A DNA stretch of 62,548 nucleotides, the filler included. It is 6 parts of 6 records of this genome, joined end to end, with 100 filler letters (N's around TTAATTAATTAA, not from the genome) between each part and the next. Parts side by side here need not be neighbours in the genome. Positions count along the whole stretch, not along the records: positions 1 to 20,491 come from SRR31156797_29260; 5 more parts are not named here. One strand, written 5' to 3'. Position numbers and translations under genes: made by a program. This document shows, piece after piece, positions 10,901-19,400 of the stretch (position 1 is the first letter of the stretch; each line of letters starts with the position of its first letter). The notes beneath the pieces were generated by a model. It searched no databases. It worked only from the letters and a program-made list of their open reading frames with translations, and was not told where the DNA came from.

Positions 10901-13900
10901 CAGTGAACAAGGTACATTGCTCCCGGCGTGCTAAGGCCCTGAGCCGGCCGGTCAGTTCCGGGGGCAGGGTAAAGCGCAATGAGGCGCCGTTAAAAGTCTG
11001 TAGCCTTGGTCGGGGCCGGTCCGTGGGGAGCTGGAGAATGGATACGTGGCCTGCCAGCGTCTGATGCCAATAAGCGGCCATTTTTTCCTTTTCACCACCT
11101 GCCAGCAGGCGCTTTTCCCATTGAACAAAATCGGCATAGCCAGCCGGTAATGCGGGTAAATTGGCTTCTTTGTCCTGTATTTGAGCATCGTAAAGCGCAC
11201 AGATTTCTCTGCCTATGATGGCCATGGAACGGGCATCTCCGGCAATATGATGGAGTCCAAGCAGCAGCAGGGGGCCCTGCCGGGCATTCAGGAATCCGTC
11301 CACACGGAAAACGCCCTGTTCCAGCACAAATGGCTGTTGGGACGCTTGTCGCACCTCATCCATCAGCCGCTCTTCATTCCAGTCCGATGCGTCCCATTGG
11401 CGGTACGCAGGTTCCAGGGTTGGATCCACCCATTGGCAGGGCCGGCCATTTTTTTCAGCCACGCGGCTTTGCAGCATGGAATGGCGCGTGGCCAGTCGTT
11501 GCAGGGCGTGCTTGAGCAGGTCCGGATCCAGTCCGGTTTCGAACCGGAGCAGCAGGCCGGTGTTGTAAGCCGGGCTTTCAGGGGCGTTTCGGTAGATGAA
11601 CCAGAGGGCCTGCTGACCCGCTGACAGCGGAGTAAAATCGTTTTGGCCCCGGGCGCCTGTTTTACCTGTTTCTTCTTTAATTGGAAGGTGAGCCGCAAGG
11701 CCCGTCAGGGTGGGGTGTTCCAGGATGAGAGCGCTTGACAGGTCTGTTTCCCGGCCCATGAGGCCTTGGATCCGGTTGCGCAGCTCCATAGCCATGAGCG
11801 AATCCAGCCCCAGGTCAAAGAAATTGGTGTCAGGGTCCGGCAGGTCGTCCAGCCCCAAAATGGCCTGTAATGCCTGTTGAAGGCGATGAACCAGGGGTTT
11901 ATCTTCCTTTTCCTGGGACGCCCGGGGTGCAGGTTCCTCCAGCGCGGCTGTTACATCGTTTGCCGGATGGGGGGACGCGTCAGCCGTTTGAGTTGTTTGC
12001 ACCCAACAGCGGTGCCGCTGGAAAGGGTATGTGGGCAACGCCACTTTTCGCCGGGGCCATGGGGCGTCCCATGCAGCCCAGTCGGGATTAGTCCCGGCCA
12101 TGTACAGGCGCGAAAGGGCCTGGGCTGTTTGCCGGTTGTCCTCTGTTTTCCGGCGCAGGCTGGCGGCCGCGACCGGGGCTTTCCCTTCCGGCCAGCAATG
12201 CAGCGCCATGGCAGCAAGCACAGGGTGGGGACCGATTTCCAGCAGGATGTTGGCGCCCAATTTCGCGACAGTCGAGCAGCTTTTGGCAAACTGCACGGGT
12301 TTCCTGCTGTGGCGACGCCAATAGTCGCTGTCCGGCAGGTCAACCGGACTGAATGCGTTTCCGGTCAGATTACCGACCAGGGTGCGTTGGGGCGGCTGGA
12401 AGTTAAGGGTGGCCGCAAATTCGGCAAACTCATCCAGAATGGGTGAAAGCAGATGGGAATGGAAAGCCTGGCTGGTTTGCAGGCCCTGGATGCGCACGCC
12501 TGCCTGTTTAAACTTGCCCGCCACGGCATTCACCTCCGCTTCAGGTCCGCTGATGACCTGGTGGCCGCCGTTGTATGCCGCAATGGACAGCCCGGTGCCT
12601 GTTATGGCCTCGTCCACTTCGGCCGGCTGGGCAAAAATAGCGGTCATAGCCCCGCCCAGGGGCAGACCGCCCATGAGCAGACCCCGCCGGGTGACCAGGT
12701 GCAATGCATCTTTCAACGAGAATGCGCCCGCGGCATAGGCGGCCGTATACTCGCCCAGGCTGTGCCCCATCACCACATCCGGTTCAATACCCAGGGACCG
12801 CCACCATTCATACAGGGCCACTTCCAGGGAAAAAAGCGCGGGCTGGGTATAACGGGTTTGGTTGAGCTCTTCCCCGTGAGCCGGATCAAAAAGAAGGGAT
12901 GTGAGGGGGATATCCATCAAGGAATCTAAAATGGCGGCACACCGATCCAGAACTTTTCGGAATATTGGCTGGGTGTCATAGAGCCCCCGGCCCATGCCGC
13001 TATACTGGCTGCCCTGGCCGGTGAACAGCATCGCCACCACAGGGGCTTGCCCGGATTGGGCCGGGGGCGTCTGGGACAGGCGTTTTGAAAGTTGATCCAA
13101 GGTGTCAACCACGACGGCTGTCCTGTGTGCAAAATGGTCCCGTCCAGTGGCGGCGGTAAAGCAGATATCCGCCAGGGGGAGATCCGGATGCCGGTCCAGC
13201 CATTGGCCGTAACGGGCAGTCAGGTCCGCCACTGCCGGTCCTGTTTTCCCGGATATCGGTAAAATGTGCACAGGGCGCCGGACCACATTATCCCCAAGCG
13301 CTGTCGGCGCGTCTCCAGCTTCAACCAGCAGGTGGGCATTGGTGCCGCTCATGCCGAAACTGCTGATGCCTGCGATCCTGGACGTGGCAGGCCAGTCCCT
13401 GGTGACGGTCGACACCTGGAACGGCAGTTTGTCCCAGGGGATACGTGGATTGGGGGTCTTGAAATGGGGCTGCCCGGGAATCCGGCCGTGACCCATAGCC
13501 AGGATCACCTTGATAAACCCGGCAATACCCGCGGCTGCTTCGGAATGGCCGATGTTGCTTTTTACCGAACCGATGGCCAGAGGTCGTTCCGGGTCACGGC
13601 CGGGTCCGTACACCCTGCCCGCAGCCTGCATTTCCAGGGGATCTCCAAGTATGGTGCCGGTGCCGTGGGCCTCCAGATAACCAACCTGGTCGGGCGTAAG
13701 ATCGGCCCGTTGCAGGGCGGTGCGCAGCAGCTTTTCCTGGGCCGCGACATTGGGCACGGTCAAGCCGCCGGAGGGGCCGTCGTTGTTAACGGCGCTTGCG
13801 CGAATGACTCCGAGGATATTATCCTGGTCTTGCCGGGCGTCTGCCAGGCGCTTGAGTACCACCATGCCGCACCCTTCCCCCCTGGAAAAGCCGTTGGCAG

Positions 13901-14606
13901 AGGCGTCAAAGGCCTTGCTGCGCCCGTCCGGACTCAGGGCCTTGGCCCGTGACAGAAAAATATAGTTGTGGGGGCTGAGTATGACCTGGACTCCGCCTGC
14001 CAGGGCCAATTCACACTCTTTCAAGCGCAGTGCCTGGCAGGCCGTATGTACGGCCACAAGGGAACTGGAACAGGCCGTGTTTATGGACTGGGTTTGGCCC
14101 TGCACGCCCAGGACATAGGCGATGCGTCCGGCTACGAATGCCTGGAGATTGCCGGTACCGCTGTAAAGATCGATTTGGGCCGGGGCCTGAAACGCGGCCC
14201 GGCCATAGTCATTGTCACAAACGCCCACAAAGACGCCCACCTCGCAATTTCTAAGGCTGCCCGGCGCAATGGCAGCGTTTTCCAGGGCTTCCCAACTCAC
14301 CTCTAAAGCCAGTCTTTGCTGGGGATCAATGGCGTTTGCCGCACGGGGCGGTATCCCGAAAAAAGCGGGATCGAATTGGTCCACCTGGGACAGGAAACCA
14401 CCGTACCGGGTGGTGATGGTTCCCGGCTTTTCCGGATCAGGATCGTAAAAGGCATCCACATCAAAGCGGTCAGGCGGGATCTGGGTAATCGCATCTCCCC
14501 CCTTTTCCAAAAGGTCCCAAAAGGCTTCCGGATTTTCTGCGCCCGGGAAGCGGCATGACAAGCCTATAATCGCAATATCGAACTGGGTGTACTCTTTTGA
14601 CGCCAT
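1974..14606 (-). CDS. Hybrid type I PKS-NRPS: KS-AT-ACP-C-A(Tyr)-T-C-A(Val)-T-C-A(Lys/Arg/Orn-like)-T; no KR, TE or R domain
   Basis: KS motifs TACSSSL, HGTGT, KSNIGH; AT motifs GHSLG and QAFHS (malonyl-like); ACP GLDSL; C motifs HHIAGD, HHIISD, HHIISD; three A domains (YTSG.TG.PKG, YGP.E, TGD, NGK); three GGHSL T domains. A-domain codes read by eye against GrsA: DASTVAAVCK, DALWMGGTFK, DTEDVGSVAK. Confidence 0.95.
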   Translation of the reverse strand: MASKEYTQFDIAIIGLSCRFPGAENPEAFWDLLEKGGDAITQIPPDRFDVDAFYDPDPEKPGTITTRYGGFLSQVDQFDPAFFGIPPRAANAIDPQQRLALEVSWEALENAAIAPGSLRNCEVGVFVGVCDNDYGRAAFQAPAQIDLYSGTGNLQAFVAGRIAYVLGVQGQTQSINTACSSSLVAVHTACQALRLKECELALAGGVQVILSPHNYIFLSRAKALSPDGRSKAFDASANGFSRGEGCGMVVLKRLADARQDQDNILGVIRASAVNNDGPSGGLTVPNVAAQEKLLRTALQRADLTPDQVGYLEAHGTGTILGDPLEMQAAGRVYGPGRDPERPLAIGSVKSNIGHSEAAAGIAGFIKVILAMGHGRIPGQPHFKTPNPRIPWDKLPFQVSTVTRDWPATSRIAGISSFGMSGTNAHLLVEAGDAPTALGDNVVRRPVHILPISGKTGPAVADLTARYGQWLDRHPDLPLADICFTAATGRDHFAHRTAVVVDTLDQLSKRLSQTPPAQSGQAPVVAMLFTGQGSQYSGMGRGLYDTQPIFRKVLDRCAAILDSLMDIPLTSLLFDPAHGEELNQTRYTQPALFSLEVALYEWWRSLGIEPDVVMGHSLGEYTAAYAAGAFSLKDALHLVTRRGLLMGGLPLGGAMTAIFAQPAEVDEAITGTGLSIAAYNGGHQVISGPEAEVNAVAGKFKQAGVRIQGLQTSQAFHSHLLSPILDEFAEFAATLNFQPPQRTLVGNLTGNAFSPVDLPDSDYWRRHSRKPVQFAKSCSTVAKLGANILLEIGPHPVLAAMALHCWPEGKAPVAAASLRRKTEDNRQTAQALSRLYMAGTNPDWAAWDAPWPRRKVALPTYPFQRHRCWVQTTQTADASPHPANDVTAALEEPAPRASQEKEDKPLVHRLQQALQAILGLDDLPDPDTNFFDLGLDSLMAMELRNRIQGLMGRETDLSSALILEHPTLTGLAAHLPIKEETGKTGARGQNDFTPLSAGQQALWFIYRNAPESPAYNTGLLLRFETGLDPDLLKHALQRLATRHSMLQSRVAEKNGRPCQWVDPTLEPAYRQWDASDWNEERLMDEVRQASQQPFVLEQGVFRVDGFLNARQGPLLLLGLHHIAGDARSMAIIGREICALYDAQIQDKEANLPALPAGYADFVQWEKRLLAGGEKEKMAAYWHQTLAGHVSILQLPTDRPRPRLQTFNGASLRFTLPPELTGRLRALARREQCTLFTVLFTAFQIMLHRYTDQEEILVGVPTSTVRGRREFNDMVGYLVNPMVVRASFPKEAQITFRKKLAINQHRILTGLDHQPYPFPLLMEQLQPERDPSYPPLVQAFFAYETRALIPKRFFTGSVTAHSIALDQMEGQFDVSMTFDDDKSALSGCLSYNSDLFLPETVQRMSEHLQVLLEGITVSPDREIHTLPMLTQAETRCLIDWNKTTRQFPFGETIVELFENQAEKTPCAIAIVFEDERLTYRELNERANRLAHYLVQHFPASMDRQNPLIAIAVEQSAQMVIGLLGILKAGGAYLPIDPTYPAERIKYMLTDSTPALLLTQAGLKTHLSIDTIGTTDTTAQKVICLDDHGIRSQPKHNLSANPTVTDLAYVIYTSGSTGKPKGVMIEHAGLVSLVFSQIETFQLLPDSRVLQFASFSFDASVSEITTTLLSGGTLYIASKYTLLDPTEFTALMADEKISHVTLPPSFVNNLPSQALQGLKTLVVAGEACPAELMGQWAGKVRFINAYGPTENTVCATMAVCSPDQDGAPHIGRAIPNVRIHILDTHNQPVPPGIPGELCIAGAGLARGYLNRPGLTAEKFVEIQLFGKTERIYKTGDLARFLPDGNLDYMGRLDHQVKLRGFRIELGEIEAVLAQHPFVKEAAVTVYETNGDRRLAAYITSSAQSHETESGLEPAQLREQLKQQLPDYMIPNHFMVLDRLPLTPNGKIDRKALPDPQAGTTAKNNRPATPTEEILSGLWSGLFSGATINRQAHFFVLGGHSLTATLLTARIRDGFQVELPVRAVFDHPRLADLAKAIEAAMGTAGLPPIRKQPDGADPSLSFAQQRLWFLNRLEENNSAVYNMPTALQLSGNLDIESLKQGLKWLVRRHDSLRSAFPDQGGEAVVQIQAPDDQQILAIHDLTGLAPSEQDEAVRNRANRHAVEPFDLSRGPLFKAALLILGREKSVLLLNMHHIISDAWSMGVLIRDLGQACIAFAQGKEPDLSQLYIQYVDYAAWQRNWLQGEVLQKQEDYWRLQLAGAPELLELPLDTPRPARQSFKGGRHLHRLSPALTKRLTELSRKQNVSLFMTLLSTYYILLSRYCRVDDLCVGTPIANRTHSDTHETIGFFVNTLVLRGRLRPDQSVADLLADTRKTCLDAYANQNLPFEMLVERLQPRRSLSHSPLFQVMLGVQNNDPICLDLPGIETTALDVEFPVAKFDLSLNAEERDGALYCEWEYAADLFQAATIQRMAGHFEVLLTAIANNPAQRLKDLPMLTPKETAAWQTWNDTATAYPKESNIVDLFQIQVDKTPGAIALAFEGRCLTYRELDEKANQLAHYISGLSRKVQMAEKPDTPLIAIALERSFETVVGVLGILKAGGTYVPIDPAYPADRIRYMLKDCAAHLLLTQSDLKTQLPLEEMPPLCRPVFLDEIDVNGLPKARPDMVIQVTGLAYVNYTSGSTGQPKGVAVPHQAVVRLVKNNNFAQLDSTQTFLQYAPVSFDAATLEIWGALLNGAKLVIMPARQKDLASLAKVLGREKITILWLTSSLFNVMLEEHPHALQGVKQLMTGGETLSVSHIEKAVGLLPNTRLVNGYGPTENTTFTCCYPINRQAHTSSIPIGKPIANTTVYIVDENLQPVPVGVPGELVTGGPGLAQGYLNRPGLTQEKFIEIEIFGKPQRIYRTGDLARLLPGGDIEFLGRMDLQVKLRGFRIELGEIETVLGQLPSVKEAVVTLHGVDNDKRLIAYLTGDKSPQAGSLINPAEVKERLKSLLPDYMIPSHFMVLERFALTPNGKTDRKALPLPQAETAAGEKPVTSTEKILAGVWGTLLWRETVHRHDNFFDLGGHSLSATQLIARIRDNFQVELPVSAVFEHPRLNELANAIDTAGTTASLPSIHKQPDEIPQVLSFAQQRLWFLNQLEDSGTDVYNMPGALELTGELNIEALERSLHWLICRHDALRSTFPTRDGQPVVKIHAPGEKKVLGIHDLTLQNPAGLSLERQDEEIQTHTQRHAGICFDLDQGPLFKADLLRLTAQKSVLLLNMHHIISDGWSMGVFMRDWHRAYTAFSQGKAPDLPPLVIQYGDYAIWQREWLQGRVLQRQVDYWQGRLANAPELLELPLDTPRPPQQSYKGAHYFTSLPPDLAKALNGLSRELNMSLFMTLLTGFYILLFRYSRMDDVCVGTPIANRTHSSTDDLIGFFVNTLVLRSRLHPDQSVAGLLADTRTTCLEAYSHQDIPFEMLVEQLQPTRSLSHSPLFQVMFGLQNNDLVSPDLPGLAVTSLPIDYPISKFDLSLNMEERDGELHCWWEYATDLFQPSTIERMAGHFQVLLQAMADDPAQPVSHLPMLTPKEAALVQSWNDTAADMPADTTIVDLFEWQAAKTPDRIAVISKGSRLTYGQLNEKANQAANHLLSHPEFGAGHNPLAAIFMDRSPEMVIGMLAILKSGGAYVPVDPGYPGARIRHILDDSGVSLVLTQSTLKPRLPLGETEQAFAVVSLDDLDLTGQSRQNPAIKIEAADLAYVIYTSGTTGSPKGVMIHHLGLGNFIRSAIDAYGLTSHDRVLQFASLSFDTAVEEIHMTLVSGAALILRNQEMIGSTETFLTACAAHELTVLDLPTAFWHSLLTDLPTIKKLWPKSIRLVVIGGEAVSAEHVERWLEHFGAFPVLLNSYGPAETTVAATLFPIRPIHIDGGTVIPIGRPISNTRIYIMDPYLQPLPPGIPGELCIAGAGLARGYLNRPELTTEKFNEIKILGKKERIYRTGDLARWLPNGNIEFLGRMDHQVKLRGFRIELGEIESVLRRHPAVGDTVVKLVEDGDNKRLSAYITGEGKFDDPSLVPQLREWLKKSVPDYMIPAHFTLLDALPLTPNGKVDRKKLPAPELLTSTKGYEAPASPAEEIVAQIWAEVLGVKRVGRHDDFFALGGHSLLVVQLVNRVQSLFEIRIVVRELFEAPTVAGITRKLIAHEPQKGQVDTIAHLQKEIDGMSEEEIRAALGDA

Positions 14607-14656
14607 TGTGGTATCCCTAAAAACTAGATTATCGAGTTTTATTTATTTTTGCCTGG

Positions 14657-14911
14657 CTAACGGATCTGCCGGTGCTTGCCTTGGACAAATGCCGTCAAGG
14701 CATTGATCGACATAAAATGTTCCGGCACGATATCACCGTCATCAAAGGTGATGGTGTACTCTTTTTCTAGATGGGAGACCGTGTTGACGATGGTTAAGGA
14801 ATCCATGAAACCTGCGTCAATCAGGTTGAAGTCATCGTCAAACCCTTCGGGCGCAAGGCCTTTGAGGCATTGGTCAAGAATGTAGTCGCGCAGTGTCTGA
14901 TGTAGGTTCAT
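14657..14911 (-). CDS. Stand-alone acyl carrier protein
   Basis: 84 aa, acidic, with phosphopantetheine motif LIDAGFMDSL; lies between the ligase and the PKS-NRPS. Confidence 0.9.
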   Translation of the reverse strand: MNLHQTLRDYILDQCLKGLAPEGFDDDFNLIDAGFMDSLTIVNTVSHLEKEYTITFDDGDIVPEHFMSINALTAFVQGKHRQIR

Positions 14912-14982
14912 ATGTCTATGTTTAAAATTTTAGGGTTTAGGGTTAAAAGATCATTCGCGCTGGCCTGTAAAAAATCATAGTT

Positions 14983-16467
14983 TCAACTATTTAGCTGTTT
15001 GCCGGCATTCCGGATAATTTTGCCGCTGGCCGTGCGGGCCAGGGAAGGCACCCATTGGAATTGGACCGGGACTTTGTAGCCGGCCAGGTACCGGCTGCAA
15101 TGGGCTTTCAGCTCGGTGTCATCCATTGGTTCGGTGCCGTTGGCCGGCACCAGAAGGGCCATGGGTGTTTCTCCAAGCCGCTGCGCTTTGATGCCGAACA
15201 CGCAGGCCTCCAGGACGGCTGGATGCCGCGTTAGTACCGACTCCACCTCCTGGGGGAAAAATTTCATGCCTGCCACACTGATCATCTCTTTGCTTCGTCC
15301 GGAAATGGTGAGAAATCCTTGGTCGTCGATTACACCGAGGTCCCCGGTTGCCAGCCAGCCGTTGTTTCCGTGGAGAATATCGTTTTGGAGCTGCCAGGGG
15401 TCGTAGTAGGCATCCAGCAAGCCGGGACCCTTGAGTAGAATCTCTCCGGCCTCTTCTTTCGATTCTTTTTGAGGTTGTCTTGCCAGTTTGACAGTGTATG
15501 CTGGCAGCGGCTTGCCCACGGAGCCCCGTTTTTCCCAGGGTTGGTCAAGATTCACGGCCGGCAAACCGATTTCGATAATACCGTAGGTTTCGTTCAGGGG
15601 CTGGCCAAAGCGCCGGTAAAAGGCCTGGGCAAGTTCCGTGGCCAGGCGGGTGGTGGTGGCGATTGCCAGGCGAAGTGGCGGAAGAGATTGTCCGCTTTGG
15701 TCATGGGTCATCAATTCGTAGTGGGTGGGGGTTGCGTAAATAATGGTGGCCCGGTGACGGGTGGCGGCCTGCAAAATGCTGCGGCCAAAGGCATTTTGGG
15801 GCAGGATAATGGTGGCGCCAAAGCTTAAGTATGCCACAATGGAGACCGCAAAGTGGTAGGACATGGAGAGCATCCAGACAATGCGGTCCGCAGGTCCGAT
15901 GCCAAGTCCCTGGTTGGCGGCTTGGATTCGCGCAAGGATGGTTTCGTGGGAGAGCACTACGCCTTTGGCCGCACCGGTTGTGCCCGAGGTGAAACGGATA
16001 AAGGCCGGGTTCAGTTCGGCCAGTCCAGGCGGCGGTGTCCGCTGGGGTTTGACCGGAAAAAAGGAGGCCTGTTCAGTGAGGACGGCGGCGTCGGCCTGGG
16101 CAAAGGGGGCGAACGGGCTGCTGCCGGCACCTGTGGACCCGGTGGAGATGATGGCGTCAATGGAGATATGGTTCAGTATCCGCTGTTTTTCTTCCTCTGC
16201 CAGTTCCATGGGAATCGGAGTAACCGCAGCCCCGCAGGCCCAGATAGCGTAAGTCAGGGCAATGTACTCCTCTCCGCTGGGGCAGTGCAGGCCGACGTTC
16301 ATCCCTTTGCCGGTACCAAAGGTCCGAAGCGTCTCTTCCAGGCGCCGGATGGTGCGGCAAAAATCGCCATAGGTGACCCGGGTTTCGTCTGAGGGGCCCA
16401 GGATCACGGGCTGGTTGGGCTGTTCATCAGCCTGCCGGAAGAACAGGTCCGCTAAGTTCAATGACAT
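14983..16467 (-). CDS. AMP-dependent acyl-CoA/acyl-ACP ligase (starter loading)
   Basis: FTSGTTGAAKG, ETYGIIEIG, TGDLG, SGRSKEMI, PQEVE, RTASGKI adenylate-forming motifs. Confidence 0.9.
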   Translation of the reverse strand: MSLNLADLFFRQADEQPNQPVILGPSDETRVTYGDFCRTIRRLEETLRTFGTGKGMNVGLHCPSGEEYIALTYAIWACGAAVTPIPMELAEEEKQRILNHISIDAIISTGSTGAGSSPFAPFAQADAAVLTEQASFFPVKPQRTPPPGLAELNPAFIRFTSGTTGAAKGVVLSHETILARIQAANQGLGIGPADRIVWMLSMSYHFAVSIVAYLSFGATIILPQNAFGRSILQAATRHRATIIYATPTHYELMTHDQSGQSLPPLRLAIATTTRLATELAQAFYRRFGQPLNETYGIIEIGLPAVNLDQPWEKRGSVGKPLPAYTVKLARQPQKESKEEAGEILLKGPGLLDAYYDPWQLQNDILHGNNGWLATGDLGVIDDQGFLTISGRSKEMISVAGMKFFPQEVESVLTRHPAVLEACVFGIKAQRLGETPMALLVPANGTEPMDDTELKAHCSRYLAGYKVPVQFQWVPSLARTASGKIIRNAGKQLNS

Positions 16468-16470
16468 GGT

Positions 16471-19400
16471 TTACGCAGTCTTCCTTTCTTTGATAATCGC
16501 GTTGACAAGTCCTTGGCCCATGGCCCAGCAGGTTCCCACCACCCTTGCCGATGCCTGGGCCCTGGGCTCGGCTGAAAAGCATTTGCCTGCCGTAAACAGG
16601 TTGTTTAATCCACTTATTTTTAGTGCGCACAGCGGGATGTCATAGCGGTGGCCCGGCGGGAAGTGGTCCAGGCTCACCCCCTGGTCCGGGTCCCAGTATT
16701 CAATGGGCCAGCAGGCCTGGCATACGGCGTCGGGAAAACGCCGGCCCTTTTTGAGGTCAGATTCGGTGAGCGTATAATCGCCTTGGACCTGGTGTCCGTT
16801 GCGAATTCCCAGGCGTCCGCCGGCATCTATGACAGCCCGGCTGAACCCGGGCAGGACCTGGAGAAAGGCCAGCAGATCATTTGTCACCTGTTCCATGCGG
16901 GCCTCATTAAAGCCAGAAGGCTTGAGGTTGAATTTTACATAAACCTCATCCGGATAGACACCGCTGTCCAGCCAGATGGTGCTGCATTCCGGCGGCAGTT
17001 CACGGTTTTGCGCTGCCTTGCGGATGCGAAGCAGCAGGGCCACGCTTTTGGGGAATGTGACGGCATCCGGCGCAACCCCGCGCAGCCGGACGATCATCCC
17101 GGCAAGGGTCTGGCCATCGACCGTATCCCCCACGTTTTTCACATGCCGGACGATGTCGGCCCGGCCTGTGGTGTCGATGACGGTATGGGGCGTCAACGTT
17201 TGGGTCTCGCCGTCATGGGTGACGGTCATGGTCTCAATGTTTCCATTGGCCACCGAGACATCCGTGATGTGCATGTTATATCTGATATCAATGCCGGGGT
17301 ACTCATCCATCCACTCCCGGATTACCCGGGCGTAGATTTCAGGGTCTACGCTCAAGGTCCAGTTTTTTCCGATACGTCGCTTTCGGGTGTGCGGGCAGGC
17401 CTGGCTGAGCCTTTCCGCAAGTTCCACGGGCAGCCCCGGGTTCAGGAATTCACCCTGGTCATCAAACAGGCCGCCCAAGGTATGGATAAGGGTGTGGGCC
17501 ACAGTGCCGCCGGGCTGTTCCGATTGTTCCAGCAGCAGGACATCTGAGCCCTGGGCCGCTGCCGCCAGGGCGCAGGCCGTACCGGCGGCGCCGGCCCCGA
17601 CAATCACGATGGGCTTTGACGGGCCGGGTTCGGATTGGGCCTCTTTGGTCGGTTGAGACTGGCTGGCTTTCATCTCAGCCAGCGGCATCATGGCGTTGCC
17701 GATGGCAGCGGTGCCCAGGGCGAAATGGATTCCCATGGCCGTGATAATGTCGATCCGGCCAAAAAGGGTGCCCAGCAGTACTGAGCCCATGCCCATGTAA
17801 CAAATTCCCAGGCTGCGCTTGAGATTGGTCTCCAGCCGACCGGACAATTCCAGCAACTCACACAGGTGGGTGAGATCCGGATCGGTGAGGATGATGTCCG
17901 CAACATCCGTGGCAAGTGTGGTGGCCCCGCGCAGGGATATGGAAAGGTCGGCCTCCTGCATGGCAATGGCGTCGTTGACCCCGTCGCCGATAAAGCAGAC
18001 GCAGCGGCCTTCGGACTTGAACCGGCGGACGATATCCGCCTTGTCTTCCGGCAGCACCTCAGCAAAAATACTGTCCGCTCCCAGCGCTTCAGCCAGCTTT
18101 TGAGTGGGCGCGGCATAGTCGCCGGAAACGATGCCGATGTGTTGGATGCCCTTCTGTCGTAACGCGTTGAAGACCATCTGGACTTCCGGGCGCACCCTGG
18201 CCCAAAGTTCAATAAGGCCCGCGATTTGGCGGTCGATGGCCACCATCACCAGAGAGTGGCCGTCGGCATGGATCTCATCCTGCCTGGAAATGGTTTCCTG
18301 GGTCAGGGGAATTGATTCCGCTTCCATGAACCGGGCGCTGCCCACATGGATGGTGAGATCCCGGTACTGGACCATAATGCCGAAACCCTGCCGGTATTCG
18401 ATATCGTCCAAATTTTCCACGTCCAGTCCCGTTTCCCGGGCACGCCGGACAATGGCCTTGGCAATGGGGTGGGTAAGCTGGTGTTCGGCCAGGGCCGCAT
18501 AAAAAAGAATCTGTTCTTCTCCATAGTCCGGGTGGACGCAAAACAGGGAGTTGACCGTTAGTTCACCGTCGGTAAGTGTGCCGGTTTTGTCAAATAAAAA
18601 TGTGTCGATGGCGCTGATTTGTTCAATGCCTTGCCCCTGCTTAACCAGGATATGGCGATGGGAGGCCACGGATTGGTAGTTGAGGGTGGCCAGGGGCGCC
18701 AGCACACGGATGGCCTGAATCGTGTTGCCGCTGAGAATGACCATGGCCCCCACCGGGCCAAATGCCACAAGTCCGACGCCGGCTATGACCATGAACGGTA
18801 GATTGGCTTTTTCCGCCCACTGTTCCCCACGCAGCTGCAGCTCGGTCTTGGATTGCAGGGAGTTGGCCAGGATTTCACTGATCCGGCCAATGGTGGTTTC
18901 GCGGCCCGACTTTTCAACCCTTACATGAAGCCAGCCTGTCAGGATCAGGGTAGAGGCGAATACCGGTTCCCCAATGCCTTTTTCAACCGGATAGGATTCG
19001 CCGGTAAAGGCGTGTTGGTCCACGCTGGCCATACCCGACACCACTTGGCCGTCTATGGGAATGGTTTCTCCGGCCCGGATCACAAGGATATCGCCCTGCC
19101 TCGCCTCTTCCAGGGGATTTTCCAGCTCGATTCCCTCTTTAATGATCCAGACCTTTTGATGGGGGTCGAAAAGACTGTCAACCAGATTGCTGGTAAGTTT
19201 TTTCTCAGCCGTTTGCGACGCCTTGGCCTGGATGGCGTCCCCAACATAGGCAAATCCCAGGCCGATACCGGCCGTGATGTAACGGCCCGTGCCCAACAGC
19301 AGCAGGTTGCCGGTCCCCATGAGAAGGTGGCTGTCCACCTTGCCTTCCTTGAGAAGCCGTTGCCTGACAGCCATTTCCATCCGGCGGTAAAAGGGAAGCA

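Noticed and set aside
16471-17613. Flavin-dependent halogenase
   Set aside because: No WxWxIP motif; the C-terminal motifs fit the FAD_oxidored/GidA-like family.
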